A stretch of DNA of 64,000 bases from a virus (lineage: Duplodnaviria; Caudoviricetes). Below the pieces are notes generated by a model. The model saw nothing but the letters and a program-made list of their open reading frames with translations, ran no database searches and was not told the DNA's origin. The position numbers and the translations under genes were made by a program. The stretch lies in IMG/VR virus record IMGVR_UViG_3300048854_000081, positions 224,001 to 288,000 of that record. The stretch is one strand, 5' to 3'. How positions within the stretch are numbered: the stretch's first letter is position 1; each line of letters opens with the position of its first letter. Positions 47,898 to 57,197 of this stretch are shown here, one piece after another.

Positions 47898-50800
47898 TTA
47901 CGTAGGGGTGGGAGTTAGCGTTGGTGTAACTGTGACACTTGGTGTTGGTGTAGGAGCAGCGGCAAATCCAGATGCTTGAGCATGGCCCAAGATTCTAGCG
48001 GATGACAATACTGAGCGATACATGGATACCATATCGATGTTACCGGTATAGTTTGGTGAGACACCAGCACCAATGAACTGACCGATTGAGAACTGTTGGG
48101 CTGCTCCACCACCAACATCAGGAGCACCGCCAGCATCAGTTGTAGCTATCAGTGAACCATTTTTATAGAATTTAATCTGGTTATTAATTACATCCAAGGT
48201 AATGGTTAATATTGCGGTTTCTGTTGCTGAAATAACACCCGATGATGTCTGTCTTACTATATAACCGAGTGTATTGGTTAAAAACTGTATACCCAAAGTT
48301 CCATCGGATAGTAGATACATAGCAATACCTTGACCGCTACCAACTGTAAAGTTACCCAAGTGCATGATACACATACCGTTGGATACTGCTGTAGCGATGC
48401 CGGTAGGATTGATAATTGCTTCAAACGTTACACCATCCTGTCCGGAGAATGATGTACCATAACTATTATTAATGGCAAAGCCATTATTCATCGTATAGCT
48501 ATGTCCACCATCGGGAGTTAATGGTGGCTGTAATACGGTCACATTCGTAGTGCTTGTAATATTTCTACCATTACCTGATGAGTCGGCAACTGAATTGACC
48601 ACCGAATCATCTAGCTTATAGAACGCAATTGGATTATCTGCCAATACTTGTGATGTATAAGATGCAGCATTAAAGTTTGAAACAGTTACAGAGATTGTTG
48701 GAGTGGTCGATGGGCTTGGGGTACGGGTCTTGGTTATTGATGGTGTAACCGTAATCGTCTTCGTCACCGAAGGAGTAACAGAAATTGTTTTCGTTATGGT
48801 CGGTGTCAATGATGGTGTGACGGAAAGCGTTGGCGTTAACGATACGGTTGGTGTAGGCGTAGACGTAGTGTATGGCGAGTTAATTGGAGCAAAGATCAAA
48901 GAGATATTGCTTGAATTGACTGTACCACCCGAGTACGTAGCATTGAGTGCAGTAGTGTCACCAGTATTGAGAACCTTGGTAGCCACGATGATGTTATTTG
49001 GATCGACATTTTGTGGACTTCTTAAGGTCCATGTACCATCACTCAAAGTAATAATATTTGGATTTACAGTACCAGTAGAAACACAGAAATCGACACCCAT
49101 TCTGCCATTACCCGATGATGTTACAGATGGGAATATAGACATGCTGGTTGGTGTGGTTGTGGTGTTAGCTGAAACATCAGAATGTTCAAGAATGATATCA
49201 CCAGTATTGGTCGTCATCGACAGCATGACAATACCCACACGCTGATTAAGCGATGGAGTACCCTGCCATTTAGCCGTCACGCTAAAGTTCGTACTCAAGT
49301 CAGCAGACGTAGCTTTCTTTCTGAAGACGGTTGCATATGATTTCATACCTTGATAAGCATCTGCAACGTTGTATACTGAGTATGATTCAGCAGTTGGTTC
49401 CCAGCCAGCAGTTACGGCAGCAAAGTCAGATGTAGTACCTGTATCGGTTGGTGCAGAACGCGATATCACACATGCAACCATGTAGTCACCAACCTGTGTA
49501 CCCGCTGGTACAGCACACGCTACAGTGGGTATGGTTCCATTAAATGTCTGCGTTGTTGCGAAACTGGTACCATTGAACGAAATCGCTCCTACTGGCGTTA
49601 CTGATGGAGTTATGGAAGGTGTAACAGAAATCGTTGGTGTGATCGATAAGGATGCGGTCACTGATGGAGTTTGCGACACTACCGGCGTGTGCGATGGCGT
49701 AATCGAAATGCTTGGTGTTACCGTGGCTGTAGTGGTTGGTGTGACGTTCGGTGTAACCGTTATCGATGTGGTAATGGTTGGGGTAACCGAAGGCGTCAAT
49801 GAATGCGTTGGAGTTACCGAAGCAGTTGGTGTCGGGGATGGAGTGGTTGAAATTGTTGGGGTGATTGTCACGGCTGGTGTTTCAATTACAAATTCACCAA
49901 CATTGCTGGTAAGGTCGAAGTTCAACAATGCAGTATCATCGCCATCAGCATTATTCTGCGTTACAGTAGTTGAGTTAACCCAAATGCTCTTTGAGCCAGT
50001 AGACTGACCTCCGACATTAACGAAGTCGGTACCAGATGATTGCATGGTACCGCCCTTGTAGGTTTCAAAGGTCCAAAGAATATTACCGTCAACACGAGTG
50101 GAGAACCACAAGTTACGTAATCTAATTACGATATTGTTGGTATCTGGATAGTCGGTCTTGAGGTTAGCAAAATTGATTAACACGGCTTCTGTACCGGTTG
50201 GGGTAATATTATCGCCACCCCATGTTAGATAAGTGCCATCGGTATTGCTTCGTCTCCAACCCACGTCAATATTTCTAGGTGGTGTGGTAATCGCGACACG
50301 CATGTCAGCGTCGGTACCATTATTCACACCCCACGACATTCTTAGTACAGCGTAATCAAAATCTGTCGGGAATGCGTTCTGTGAGGTTGAAACTGTAATT
50401 GAAGGGGTTGGTGTTGGGGTAGCCGTATTCGTAGCCGTAATGGACGGCGTAGTGGAAATAGTTGGAGTTGGGGTTGCGGTTGAGCCTGAAGTACTGGTGA
50501 CGGACGGCGTTAGCGTTAGACTGGGAGACACCGTATTGGTTGGTGTCACAGTAGGCATTGCAGTCATCGTTACTGAAGCCGTGGCAGTAACCGTAGGAGT
50601 AACTGAGCTTGTCGCTGTAACCGTTGGTGTAACTGTTGAGGTAGTTGTAGCAGTTGGTGTAGGTGATGCTGTGACTGATGCTGTCAAGGTTGGAGTAACA
50701 GTCGGAGTTGCAGTATTCGATGTTGTAACGGTCGGTGTAGGAGTCGGTGAAGGATTAGGGCTTTGATCAAAGACTACAATCAAGGCTTCACCAACGATAG

Positions 50801-51053
50801 GTGTAGTGAAGGTAATCGTTATTGTATTCAGGTCAGTGATTTGTAGCTTATCTGGTACAATCTTCCCACCGTGTATATCCTTAACTTCAACCACCAGCCT
50901 ATCAGAATGAGTATTGTGTGGAATTATCCACGTGGAAGAGGCTACATTTTGAACATATTTGAATTGTGCGTAAGCACTGTTAACAGCTTTCTCTAAGATA
51001 AGCTTATTACCAGTCTTCAAATCTAGATATACTACGCTATGTGTTTGACTCAT
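47898..51053 (-). CDS. Mucin-like multidomain adhesin/fibre with C-terminal LamG-like domain
   Basis: Four globular blocks separated by long (T/S)(V/I)TP linkers; FYKLD...DSSGNG...TFEAII...FYKNG...GNID.V.MY...LS; late motif at 51075-51081. Confidence 0.75.
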   Translation of the reverse strand: MSQTHSVVYLDLKTGNKLILEKAVNSAYAQFKYVQNVASSTWIIPHNTHSDRLVVEVKDIHGGKIVPDKLQITDLNTITITFTTPIVGEALIVVFDQSPNPSPTPTPTVTTSNTATPTVTPTLTASVTASPTPTATTTSTVTPTVTATSSVTPTVTATASVTMTAMPTVTPTNTVSPSLTLTPSVTSTSGSTATPTPTISTTPSITATNTATPTPTPSITVSTSQNAFPTDFDYAVLRMSWGVNNGTDADMRVAITTPPRNIDVGWRRSNTDGTYLTWGGDNITPTGTEAVLINFANLKTDYPDTNNIVIRLRNLWFSTRVDGNILWTFETYKGGTMQSSGTDFVNVGGQSTGSKSIWVNSTTVTQNNADGDDTALLNFDLTSNVGEFVIETPAVTITPTISTTPSPTPTASVTPTHSLTPSVTPTITTSITVTPNVTPTTTATVTPSISITPSHTPVVSQTPSVTASLSITPTISVTPSITPSVTPVGAISFNGTSFATTQTFNGTIPTVACAVPAGTQVGDYMVACVISRSAPTDTGTTSDFAAVTAGWEPTAESYSVYNVADAYQGMKSYATVFRKKATSADLSTNFSVTAKWQGTPSLNQRVGIVMLSMTTNTGDIILEHSDVSANTTTTPTSMSIFPSVTSSGNGRMGVDFCVSTGTVNPNIITLSDGTWTLRSPQNVDPNNIIVATKVLNTGDTTALNATYSGGTVNSSNISLIFAPINSPYTTSTPTPTVSLTPTLSVTPSLTPTITKTISVTPSVTKTITVTPSITKTRTPSPSTTPTISVTVSNFNAASYTSQVLADNPIAFYKLDDSVVNSVADSSGNGRNITSTTNVTVLQPPLTPDGGHSYTMNNGFAINNSYGTSFSGQDGVTFEAIINPTGIATAVSNGMCIMHLGNFTVGSGQGIAMYLLSDGTLGIQFLTNTLGYIVRQTSSGVISATETAILTITLDVINNQIKFYKNGSLIATTDAGGAPDVGGGAAQQFSIGQFIGAGVSPNYTGNIDMVSMYRSVLSSARILGHAQASGFAAAPTPTPSVTVTPTLTPTPT

Positions 51054-51133
51054 TAGGCTCTTCCGTAACTCTAATATTTATCTATATGAAAGACCTAAAG
51101 ATAAATATAGATTATAATGTTTTGGAATATTTC

Positions 51134-51925
51134 ATGAGTATCAGAATAGTCAACAAAAATAGTGGTAGAACCATTATTATCAAGAATCAGGACGATATGA
51201 ATAACTTGGATACTAGTGTATCCTCGGTAAACGATAACGACCGTGAATTTACGTTGACCGCCAAAGACACTGACTTTGACAGCGCATACCAGAATGATAC
51301 CAACCTTGGTAACCTACCGGGTAATGTTTTCTCCGACTTGAAGAACAGAAGAGCCTATAAGCGTAATAACGTAAATAGTGACATGTTCGACTTTGACTCA
51401 TTTCAGGACGATGATGCAAACCATTACATTGCTGTCAGCCAGTATCCCCTATCCGATGAAATAAAGAGCGGTGAAGACCCAACTAACGTCGATGCTCCAA
51501 TCATGAAGTTTAAGGATTTGGATGATCAGGTTCCTAATACAATTGCACCTGAAGATTCCGAATTTTCATTAGATGATTATGATGGTCAAGGTAATGATGA
51601 AGACGATCAGGGTCAAAGCGATGCCAATCCATTTGCTTCTGAAGAGGATGGTGAGGGAGAACCTTCAGAATTCGAAGGTTTGATTCGTACTGTACGTGGT
51701 GCATGTCTTGTTTATAAGAGAAAGAGTCAGGATGGCACGTATGAAGAGCTATGGATTTACAATGTCGGTGACGATCTAAAGAAAGAAACTGCTATTCGTA
51801 AGTCAATCCTTTCTGGTACTGACATCGATCCAAATACACAGATGTCCGATGATGGTCAGCAGAGAGCTAAGACAATTAGCATGGGTAACATCCAATATTT
51901 GCAAATTTCAGGTATGGTCCAGTAA
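51134..51925 (+). CDS. Acidic late protein
   Basis: ATAAATA at 51101; C-terminal GLIRTV.GA.LVYKR...G.YEELWIYN domain. Confidence 0.65.
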   Translation: MSIRIVNKNSGRTIIIKNQDDMNNLDTSVSSVNDNDREFTLTAKDTDFDSAYQNDTNLGNLPGNVFSDLKNRRAYKRNNVNSDMFDFDSFQDDDANHYIAVSQYPLSDEIKSGEDPTNVDAPIMKFKDLDDQVPNTIAPEDSEFSLDDYDGQGNDEDDQGQSDANPFASEEDGEGEPSEFEGLIRTVRGACLVYKRKSQDGTYEELWIYNVGDDLKKETAIRKSILSGTDIDPNTQMSDDGQQRAKTISMGNIQYLQISGMVQ

Positions 51926-51975
51926 ACTTGACGATCCGGTTACCGGGTGATATAATTTAAAAAATTGGATAAATT

Positions 51976-52293
51976 ATGTCACTCGATGCAACTACGCAAG
52001 CTCTGGCCCAACAGTTTCAGGACTTTTCCTTGAAGGCTGTTGAATATAAGAATAAGATTGACGAAGCTAAGACTGCTCTCAAGAAGAAGTATTACGAGGA
52101 CAAGTTAGCTAAGATTAATAAGAAAGTGTACAATATTTTGGCTCAGATGAACATGGCGACTGCCGTGAAGAAAGCTTCCAAGAAAGAGCCCAAGTGGGTA
52201 ATGGCTGACTCTCCGGGTAAAACTAATCTGGAACACGTGACTTCTGGTTACATGCAGGTTGGTGATGAGGTTAAGACTGATGAGCAGGTATGA
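51976..52293 (+). CDS. Hypothetical coiled-coil protein
   Basis: sigma70-like promoter TTGACG...TATAAT upstream. Confidence 0.6.
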   Translation: MSLDATTQALAQQFQDFSLKAVEYKNKIDEAKTALKKKYYEDKLAKINKKVYNILAQMNMATAVKKASKKEPKWVMADSPGKTNLEHVTSGYMQVGDEVKTDEQV

Positions 52294-52858
52294 TAAATTC
52301 CTGCTGGTTCACTGTCACACGACCGGCATTAACTTCGATAGTGAAGATATCACCCTAAACAAGCAACCCTTATCTGTCGCCTTAGGTGTAGTGGATAACG
52401 AAACGTTGAAGATGATTTCTTCCGTTAATGTACGTATTGCCTTTGATAAGGCAAAGTACACATGGGATGACAAGCTATCTAGCATCCATGGCATTACCCG
52501 TGAAGATCGTGATGAAGGTGAATCCTTTGCCGATGCTGCTGCTATCTTAGGTGAATTCATCTATGAGAACTTTGGAGCTAAGGATACCATTACGGTTATG
52601 GGTTATAATCCTCTTACCTTCCACGTTCCCTTCCTAAATAAAATCCTTCTCACTGAAGAATTGGCATTCAAGTTTGATAGAAGAGATATCGACCTGTTCC
52701 CTATCATGGCTCTTCTCGGTAAGTATTCTGCCAAGGAAGTTTTTGAAACATTCGATGTCGATACTAGTGAACCTTTGTCCTCCCTTGAGAACATTAAGAC
52801 CTATCTTAAGATATATAAGACTATAAGAAGTATAGTTAAGGAACAGATAGATGGATAA
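52280..52858 (+). CDS. DnaQ/DEDD exonuclease-fold protein with non-canonical active site
   Basis: LVHCHTTG, IHGIT, GYN...FH..FL. Confidence 0.7.
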   Translation: MSRYDKFLLVHCHTTGINFDSEDITLNKQPLSVALGVVDNETLKMISSVNVRIAFDKAKYTWDDKLSSIHGITREDRDEGESFADAAAILGEFIYENFGAKDTITVMGYNPLTFHVPFLNKILLTEELAFKFDRRDIDLFPIMALLGKYSAKEVFETFDVDTSEPLSSLENIKTYLKIYKTIRSIVKEQIDG

Positions 52859-53201
52859 AGATGAGATTGTAACTAAGTTTGATAAAGTAAAAGACAAACT
52901 TAAGAAAATCATCGAAGAGATTGTGCAGATTAAGAAGGATTTTTCTGCACATATCAATGGCATTAAAGCTGAGGCCAAGCGCCTTAAGGGTGAGGTTAAT
53001 ATCCTTAAGGAAGAAAACGTTAAGCTGAAAAAGCAGAATGAGATTATCAATCGAGATAATCAAATGTTTGCAAAAACCTATGGCAAACTGAATGCTGATT
53101 TGAATGATTTGAGAAACCATAAGATAAATAGTGAGGAAAGGCTCCGTCGTATCGAAAGGTCGGTTGACGGATTGGAATCCAAACTTAAAATCAGATCATA
53201 A
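52851..53201 (+). CDS. Coiled-coil protein
   Basis: Heptad pattern; coupled ORF. Confidence 0.6.
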   Translation: MDKDEIVTKFDKVKDKLKKIIEEIVQIKKDFSAHINGIKAEAKRLKGEVNILKEENVKLKKQNEIINRDNQMFAKTYGKLNADLNDLRNHKINSEERLRRIERSVDGLESKLKIRS

Positions 53202-53620
53202 TGGCCGCACAAATAGCTGAATCAACCCTAGGTAGTCTAGCGACTCCAATCATTTCTAAGGTTATTACCTACATTCTACTAGCTCTGCTTGTAGTCTCTG
53301 TAGGTTTTAACGTGTATTACTATTTTCATAGTAAGAGTTTGACCACTGATCTTACAGCTAGTACCACTCAAGTAGGTGCCCTGAAGCAACAGGTAGCTGA
53401 TAGAGACGCAACCATTGCTGATCAGAATAAGCAAATTATCACTGCTGCTGATAAGTCTAAAGACTTCCAGAAACAAATGGACGATCTTGGTAAGACTATC
53501 GACCAGCAAAATAAGGATAATCAATCACTTATTGATAAGTTGAAGGCTCAGCCTGCACCTAAAACATGTGATGCATCCACAAAGTATATGCAAGACAATT
53601 TGGACCTATACAAATGGTAA
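53201..53620 (+). CDS. Inner-membrane spanin (Rz-like)
   Basis: N-terminal TM, coiled coil, C-terminal Cys; followed by a lipoprotein gene. Confidence 0.75.
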   Translation: MAAQIAESTLGSLATPIISKVITYILLALLVVSVGFNVYYYFHSKSLTTDLTASTTQVGALKQQVADRDATIADQNKQIITAADKSKDFQKQMDDLGKTIDQQNKDNQSLIDKLKAQPAPKTCDASTKYMQDNLDLYKW

Positions 53621-53994
53621 AGTATTTTCTAATGGCCTTGAGCCTATCCCTATTGGTTGGTTGTGCTTCTCAAACTCCATCTGTTATCTATAAAGATAAG
53701 GATGTTCCAGTTTATGTCGTTCCTGACTCCGTAAAGATTGAACGCCCAACATTGGCTATCGAAACTCTAACAGATGCACAGAAGAAGGATCAGGGTGAAT
53801 TGACCCAAGCTTATGCTATCTCTCTTAAGCAGGTAATGCAGTATGCATGCAAGCTTGAGAATGTAGTTAACAAGTATCACGAGCTTGCTGCTAAGTCACC
53901 ACTTCCAGTGCTACCAGCCTCCATTGTTACTGCCCCAACTATATTCTCTAACACATTGAATATGGATGTATCCAAGGATTGCACTGCACCATGA
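53614..53994 (+). CDS. Outer-membrane lipoprotein spanin (Rz1-like)
   Basis: Lipobox LLVG-C; Pro-containing mature part. Confidence 0.75.
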   Translation: MVKYFLMALSLSLLVGCASQTPSVIYKDKDVPVYVVPDSVKIERPTLAIETLTDAQKKDQGELTQAYAISLKQVMQYACKLENVVNKYHELAAKSPLPVLPASIVTAPTIFSNTLNMDVSKDCTAP

Positions 53995-54320
53995 AGTTAT
54001 CCGATATTCTGATAGAACAGAAGAAAGAAAAAGAAGAAAAGAAGAAACTTAAGTTTGTTGAAACTGATCCACAAGAACCGTTTCCAAATGATACTATTAC
54101 TTATCTTCAGAAGGAAATTGGTAAGCTAGCTAGAGACTTGACCATTGATTGGAAGAGTCCTATTGAGCTTACCAATGCTGCTTTCTACAATCTTGAAGTC
54201 CCGATTCCTAAGGCTAACCTGAAGGCACGTTGGGAGCAATACAGTAAGCTATTCGGCTATGCCATCAAAAACCTATTTGATTCTCGTGGTTTTGGTGGAG
54301 ATTGGTCTAATAGTAGATAA
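53991..54320 (+). CDS. Hypothetical protein
   Basis: Starts MKLSDILIE; ATGA coupling. Confidence 0.6.
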   Translation: MKLSDILIEQKKEKEEKKKLKFVETDPQEPFPNDTITYLQKEIGKLARDLTIDWKSPIELTNAAFYNLEVPIPKANLKARWEQYSKLFGYAIKNLFDSRGFGGDWSNSR

Positions 54321-54345
54321 ATATAAAATATATTGGGAACAAGTC

Positions 54346-55017
54346 ATGGATTTAAATCGTTTACGTAAATTGGCTGGTCTTGATGAAGTTTTGATTGAAA
54401 ATGAACTTCCGCAGATCGATGAAGCCGAGAAAATCAAGAAAGGTGCCTTCCATAAATGGTTGGGCAAACCTGAAGATGAAAAAATTACTCAAGCCGACAT
54501 TGACCGTGGTTTGAAGTCTGATGATGAGCACGTTAGAAAGATGGCACAGTTTGCCGCTAACGTAACCGAATCTGAAAAGCCACATGACTCTGAATTCCCA
54601 GTAGTTAAGGTAATGGACGAATTCGAACCAGACAATAAGCTAAATCTTGTTAACGTTGAATTCAACGATGACAAGTGTGCTGTTAACACTGTTATGACTG
54701 GCCGTGACGTTGAAGAAGATACTTCTGTCAAAGTCCCTGCTAATGTCAAGAAACATGTGGATAAGCGCATTGCTGAATTGAAGCATGCTATTGAAAAGTA
54801 TGATGAAAAGGGCTACGACGACAAGAGTGTAAAGTCTACTGCTCTAGACGTTCTTGAAAAGATGAAGGAACATCTAAACGCTGGTAATAGAGAAGAGTTC
54901 AGAATGGCTCAGGTTCTTTACGGAACTTTGATGAGCCCAATCCTTGATATGCTTCCAAGTCAGTTAATCAACTTCCTTCACACCGGTAAGGAAAAGGTCG
55001 TACATAAGCCGTCATGA
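54346..55017 (+). CDS. Putative internal head protein
   Basis: Late motif at 54317; N-terminal LNRLRKLAGL; IKKGAFH..LG.P..EKI...FAAN module. Confidence 0.55.
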   Translation: MDLNRLRKLAGLDEVLIENELPQIDEAEKIKKGAFHKWLGKPEDEKITQADIDRGLKSDDEHVRKMAQFAANVTESEKPHDSEFPVVKVMDEFEPDNKLNLVNVEFNDDKCAVNTVMTGRDVEEDTSVKVPANVKKHVDKRIAELKHAIEKYDEKGYDDKSVKSTALDVLEKMKEHLNAGNREEFRMAQVLYGTLMSPILDMLPSQLINFLHTGKEKVVHKPS

Positions 55018-55712
55018 TCACAGCCTCGACCATTAAGCGTCTCATAGCGCAAATGTCCGATCCGAACGACACAGACAAAGACCTAACGCACGCGTTAGGT
55101 CTTTCTGCATTGGTGTACTTTTCGAACGACTTTATTATTAAAACTCTAGAGAAGGTTGGTTTGCCATACAAGATTCTAGAGTACGATGACATGAAATGTC
55201 TCATCGCGGAGAATGACACGAGTGTGTTCATTTCTTTCAGAGGTACGAACTTTTCCAAGTGGTCTAACTGGAAGCGTATCCTCAACATCTTTCCAAGAAA
55301 CTTCATGTATGGTTTGAAGGTTCATGGTGGTTTTGAACTATATTGGAAGAAATATTTCAATTACGTTGATGAATACATCAAGTCGATCAAGCGTGACAAG
55401 AAAATTGTATTCACTGGTCATAGCTTAGGTGCAGCCATCGCCTCACTTTATAACATTAGTTATACTAAGACTTCTTATTGTAAGGTTTTTGCCTGTCCGA
55501 AATATCTTTACAATACATCATTCAAATCGTTAAATTCTGATTCTTACAGAATTCGAAAAGATATCGTAACATGGATTCCATTTACCTTACCTTTATTTAC
55601 ATGGTCACGTTCTGTAACAACTAAAGCGGTATTATCCTACCGTAATTATTGGAACATCATTGGCTATCATAGCTTGGAAAACTACATCAAGTCAATTCTT
55701 AAAACCAATTGA
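55014..55712 (+). CDS. Class 3 lipase (alpha/beta hydrolase)
   Basis: ISFRGT, VHGGF, FTGHSLGAAIA, DIV..IP, H....Y. Confidence 0.88.
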   Translation: MITASTIKRLIAQMSDPNDTDKDLTHALGLSALVYFSNDFIIKTLEKVGLPYKILEYDDMKCLIAENDTSVFISFRGTNFSKWSNWKRILNIFPRNFMYGLKVHGGFELYWKKYFNYVDEYIKSIKRDKKIVFTGHSLGAAIASLYNISYTKTSYCKVFACPKYLYNTSFKSLNSDSYRIRKDIVTWIPFTLPLFTWSRSVTTKAVLSYRNYWNIIGYHSLENYIKSILKTN

Positions 55713-55769
55713 TAGTCACTCTCATCTGCTATATACTTTATACATCATATAGCAGTTGAGGTGATGACA

Positions 55770-55970
55770 ATGTACATTTGTCTTTGTAACGGCGTCACAG
55801 ATGTAATGATCTTGTGCGAAATTACTAAAGGAAACAATACCTTGGAAGGTATTACTGAAGCGTTGAACGTAGCAAACATATGTGGCTCCTGTCAAGACGA
55901 AGTTCAAGAACTCCTTGATAAGCATGGAAAGCCCAAACATCCATTTCTAAACATAGTCAAAATTGACTAA
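55770..55970 (+). CDS. bfd: Bacterioferritin-associated ferredoxin-like [2Fe-2S] protein
   Basis: MYICLCNGVTD...CGSC. Confidence 0.8.
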   Translation: MYICLCNGVTDVMILCEITKGNNTLEGITEALNVANICGSCQDEVQELLDKHGKPKHPFLNIVKID

Positions 55971-56015
55971 TTCCCTTTAAACCGGTATCATCACTTCTTC
56001 AATGAAGGATGATCC

Positions 56016-56576
56016 ATGGGTACTGTCAATCATAAAGCCATACTAAATGCCAAGAACATCACCGTAAAGAATGGCTTTGCCTTCTTTTGGGGAAGCCCGT
56101 TCTCCCAGTGGTATAAGTCACCATTTACCATGGCTGGCGCTACCTTTGAGACTGCCGAGCATTACATGATGTACGGCAAGGCCACGATCTTCGGTGACGC
56201 TAAGATTGCCAAGGACATCCTCAGGACTAAAGACCCCAAGAAGGTCAAAGCATTGGGTAAGCAAGTCGGTGGGTTCCTTGAGAACACGTGGAACCTACAC
56301 AAGTACAATGTTGTGTACTCAGGTAACATTGAAAAATTTAAACAGAATAAAGAGTTGGCCTATTTGCTAATTTTGTCTGGTGATTTAGAGCTTGTTGAAG
56401 CCAGTCCCTACGACAAGATTTGGGGTATTGGTATGGGTGTAGATAATCCTAACATTACCGACAAGAGTAAGTGGCAAGGCGAAAATTTACTTGGTAAGGT
56501 ACTGATGGATGTTCGCAAGTACCTTATTGAACATTGGGATGGTGGAGTATCAGATTATGGATTCAGTAAAGACTAA
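56016..56576 (+). CDS. NADAR family ADP-ribose glycohydrolase
   Basis: FSQWY, TAEHYMM..KA..F.D, KF.QN, LVEASPYD.IWGIG, G.NLLG..LM. Confidence 0.92.
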   Translation: MGTVNHKAILNAKNITVKNGFAFFWGSPFSQWYKSPFTMAGATFETAEHYMMYGKATIFGDAKIAKDILRTKDPKKVKALGKQVGGFLENTWNLHKYNVVYSGNIEKFKQNKELAYLLILSGDLELVEASPYDKIWGIGMGVDNPNITDKSKWQGENLLGKVLMDVRKYLIEHWDGGVSDYGFSKD

Positions 56577-57114
56577 ACTTATGAAAGCCCAAATCTTGGC
56601 TCAGTCCAAGTTTATACCGACTAAGAAATATGACGGTAGGGTAATTCTCTTTCTGGATTTTGATGGTGTACTTCACGCGTTCAAGGCTGGCTTTATTGAG
56701 GAAGACCTTTGGTTACAGAATCATTTCCTTGAGTCCATTCTAAAAGAATTGGATAACGTGGATGTGGTGGTCTCTTCCATGTGGGCTAAGAAGCGGACAC
56801 TGGCTGAATTGAAAGCATACTTCTCTGAAGATGTTCGCCATCGGTTCGTAGGGCATGTCACTCGACACACCGAAGAGCGTTACAATGACGTGAGAGGTTA
56901 CCTTGCTTCGCGTGGTCAGTCTGATGCGGTATGGATCGCTGTAGATGATCTTGCCACCTTCCATGTCAATGATCCTGTTGTTCGCACCGATCACCTTATT
57001 GGTCTCACCAAAGAGACTGCACAAACATTACGTAATGCTCTTATTTCACCATTAGAATATTACACATTCGTCGGTTTCGATCCAAAAATATCAATCGAAT
57101 CGATCCAAGCCTAA
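56557..57114 (+). CDS. HAD-superfamily phosphatase (RNA-repair-associated type)
   Basis: LFLDFDGVL, VVSS.W, WIAVDD, GLT. Confidence 0.8.
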   Translation: MDSVKTKLMKAQILAQSKFIPTKKYDGRVILFLDFDGVLHAFKAGFIEEDLWLQNHFLESILKELDNVDVVVSSMWAKKRTLAELKAYFSEDVRHRFVGHVTRHTEERYNDVRGYLASRGQSDAVWIAVDDLATFHVNDPVVRTDHLIGLTKETAQTLRNALISPLEYYTFVGFDPKISIESIQA

Positions 57115-57120
57115 ATAGAA

Positions 57121-57165
57121 GTGTCAGGTTTATCAACTTGACACACAATTGAAACCAGCTACAAT
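57121..57165 (+). promoter_or_regulatory. sigma70 promoter with a palindrome over the -35 box
   Basis: GTGTCAGGTT-TATC-AACTTGACAC; TTGACA 57138-57143, TACAAT 57160-57165. Confidence 0.6.
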
Positions 57166-57175
57166 TAGCGCACAC

Positions 57176-57197
57176 TATCACATAGGAGTTATGGATA
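57176..57197 (+). promoter_or_regulatory. RBS-masking bulged hairpin, copy 1
   Basis: TATC-A-CATAG-GAG-TTATG-GATA. Confidence 0.7.

Noticed and set aside
41700-50760. Pro/Thr repeats as a CRISPR array or diversity-generating retroelement repeats
   Set aside because: Repeats are degenerate at DNA level and protein-coding; no cas or reverse transcriptase gene and no repeat-spacer pattern.
48703-50766. Val/Gly-rich plus-strand ORFs (48703, 49525, 50440) and the minus ORF at 41749
   Set aside because: Antisense shadows of Thr/Pro-rich codons in the real genes.
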